NCBI GenBank assembly: GCA_028279045.1
Contig: JANQSZ010000030.1
Span: 1 to 30,979 of the forward strand
Direction: 5' to 3'
Source: Candidatus Nanoarchaeia archaeon
GTDB taxonomy: Archaea > Nanobdellota > Nanobdellia > Woesearchaeales > UBA10216
DNA: 30,979 nucleotides
This document shows, in pieces, positions 30,578 through 30,979 of this stretch; position 1 is the stretch's first letter, and each line of letters begins with the position of its first letter. A program made the translations under genes and the position numbers. A model generated the notes under the pieces. That model ran no database searches, was not told the origin of the DNA, and was given only the letters and a program-made list of their open reading frames with translations.

Positions 30578-30979
30578 CTATTCCAGAAGATTCTCAATAT
30601 TCTCATGAGTTCTAGTGAAATTCTTTATTGCAAGAGAAGTTCCAATGGCCACTGCACTTCCAGCTAAGCCCCAAACTATGTCTACTGGATCGAATACACT
30701 TTCAGATCTGTTTAGCCCTACACCAAACTTTTCAGCGTACTCCACTACAGTAAAGGCTAGCGGACCTATACCGTATGCTAACGGGGCAAACTTGCCTTTT
30801 AGATTTCCTGTTAAACTTACAAATACAGATGTTAGCTGAAATGCGCCAGCAGCACTACTTCCGTGCTGAGCTAATTCCGACAAAGGGTATGCACTTTGAA
30901 CCCACATCTCGTTTCCAATATACAATCCCATACCCAAAAAGGATCCAGGATATGCTGAATAATCAACTTGATAACTCAT
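30578..30979 (-). CDS. glycine-rich membrane protein
   Basis: 133-aa ORF whose ATG is the last three bases of the window, so an upstream start cannot be excluded. Several G/A-rich hydrophobic segments. Confidence 0.45.
   Translation of the reverse strand: MSYQVDYSAYPGSFLGMGLYIGNEMWVQSAYPLSELAQHGSSAAGAFQLTSVFVSLTGNLKGKFAPLAYGIGPLAFTVVEYAEKFGVGLNRSESVFDPVDIVWGLAGSAVAIGTSLAIKNFTRTHENIENLLE

Noticed and set aside
1-30979. Chimeric bacterial/archaeal assembly as an explanation for the bacterial-type genes (rel, csp, OmpR-type wHTH, beta-lactamase-fold, lipobox proteins)
   Set aside because: These genes are interleaved with unmistakably archaeal genes (stalk operon, tfb, intron-bearing tRNAs). 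They use the same TATA-at-minus-26 leaderless geometry and oligo-T terminators, and I see no compositional break. Read-level verification is still advisable.
1-30979. CRISPR arrays, rRNA genes, transposases, integrases and IS elements
   Set aside because: I scanned both strands for regularly spaced direct repeats, rRNA-like conserved blocks and DDE or tyrosine-recombinase motifs in the ORF set, and found none.

Overview
Compact archaeal chromosome fragment of about 31 kb with roughly 50 genes, short TATA-containing spacers and frequent ATGA start/stop overlaps. The archaeal assignment rests on four things read from the sequence. These are a uL1-P0-P1 ribosomal stalk operon, TFB, TATA boxes centred about 25 nt upstream of many start codons (leaderless mRNAs), and two intron-containing tRNA genes that the ORF track hides under spurious ORFs. 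Many tiny hypothetical membrane proteins sit alongside bacterial- or eukaryote-flavoured genes. This suggests an uncultivated small-genome lineage (DPANN-like), which is inference only. Housekeeping content includes pyruvate kinase, a Y-family polymerase, AlkA-like glycosylase, Ogt, MsrA and an aldo-keto reductase. The most unusual items are: (1) a complete bacterial-type long RelA/SpoT homologue with intact hydrolase and synthetase motifs, divergent from tfb. (2) Two paralogous class II tRNA-Leu genes with homologous non-canonical introns in the T-loop, one carrying an extra 51-nt twin-hairpin insertion and an A34 anticodon. (3) A fusion of an Mtq2/HemK-type methyltransferase to an atypical kinase-like domain, translationally coupled to an Ogt-type alkyltransferase and a second SAM methyltransferase. 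(4) A P0 stalk protein with a roughly 176-aa Pro/Glu-rich insertion that lacks the conserved C-terminal factor-binding tail still present in P1. (5) Tandem plant/fungal-type CPDase 2H phosphoesterases. (6) A tRNA-adjacent block at 25.3-30.5 kb with a HerA/FtsK-like ATPase, a bacterial-type cold-shock gene with a long leader, a tandem OmpR-type wHTH protein and many orphan ORFs, which may be a mobile-element remnant. I found no CRISPR array, rRNA, transposase or integrase. All functional calls come from motif recognition by eye and have not been confirmed by any search.
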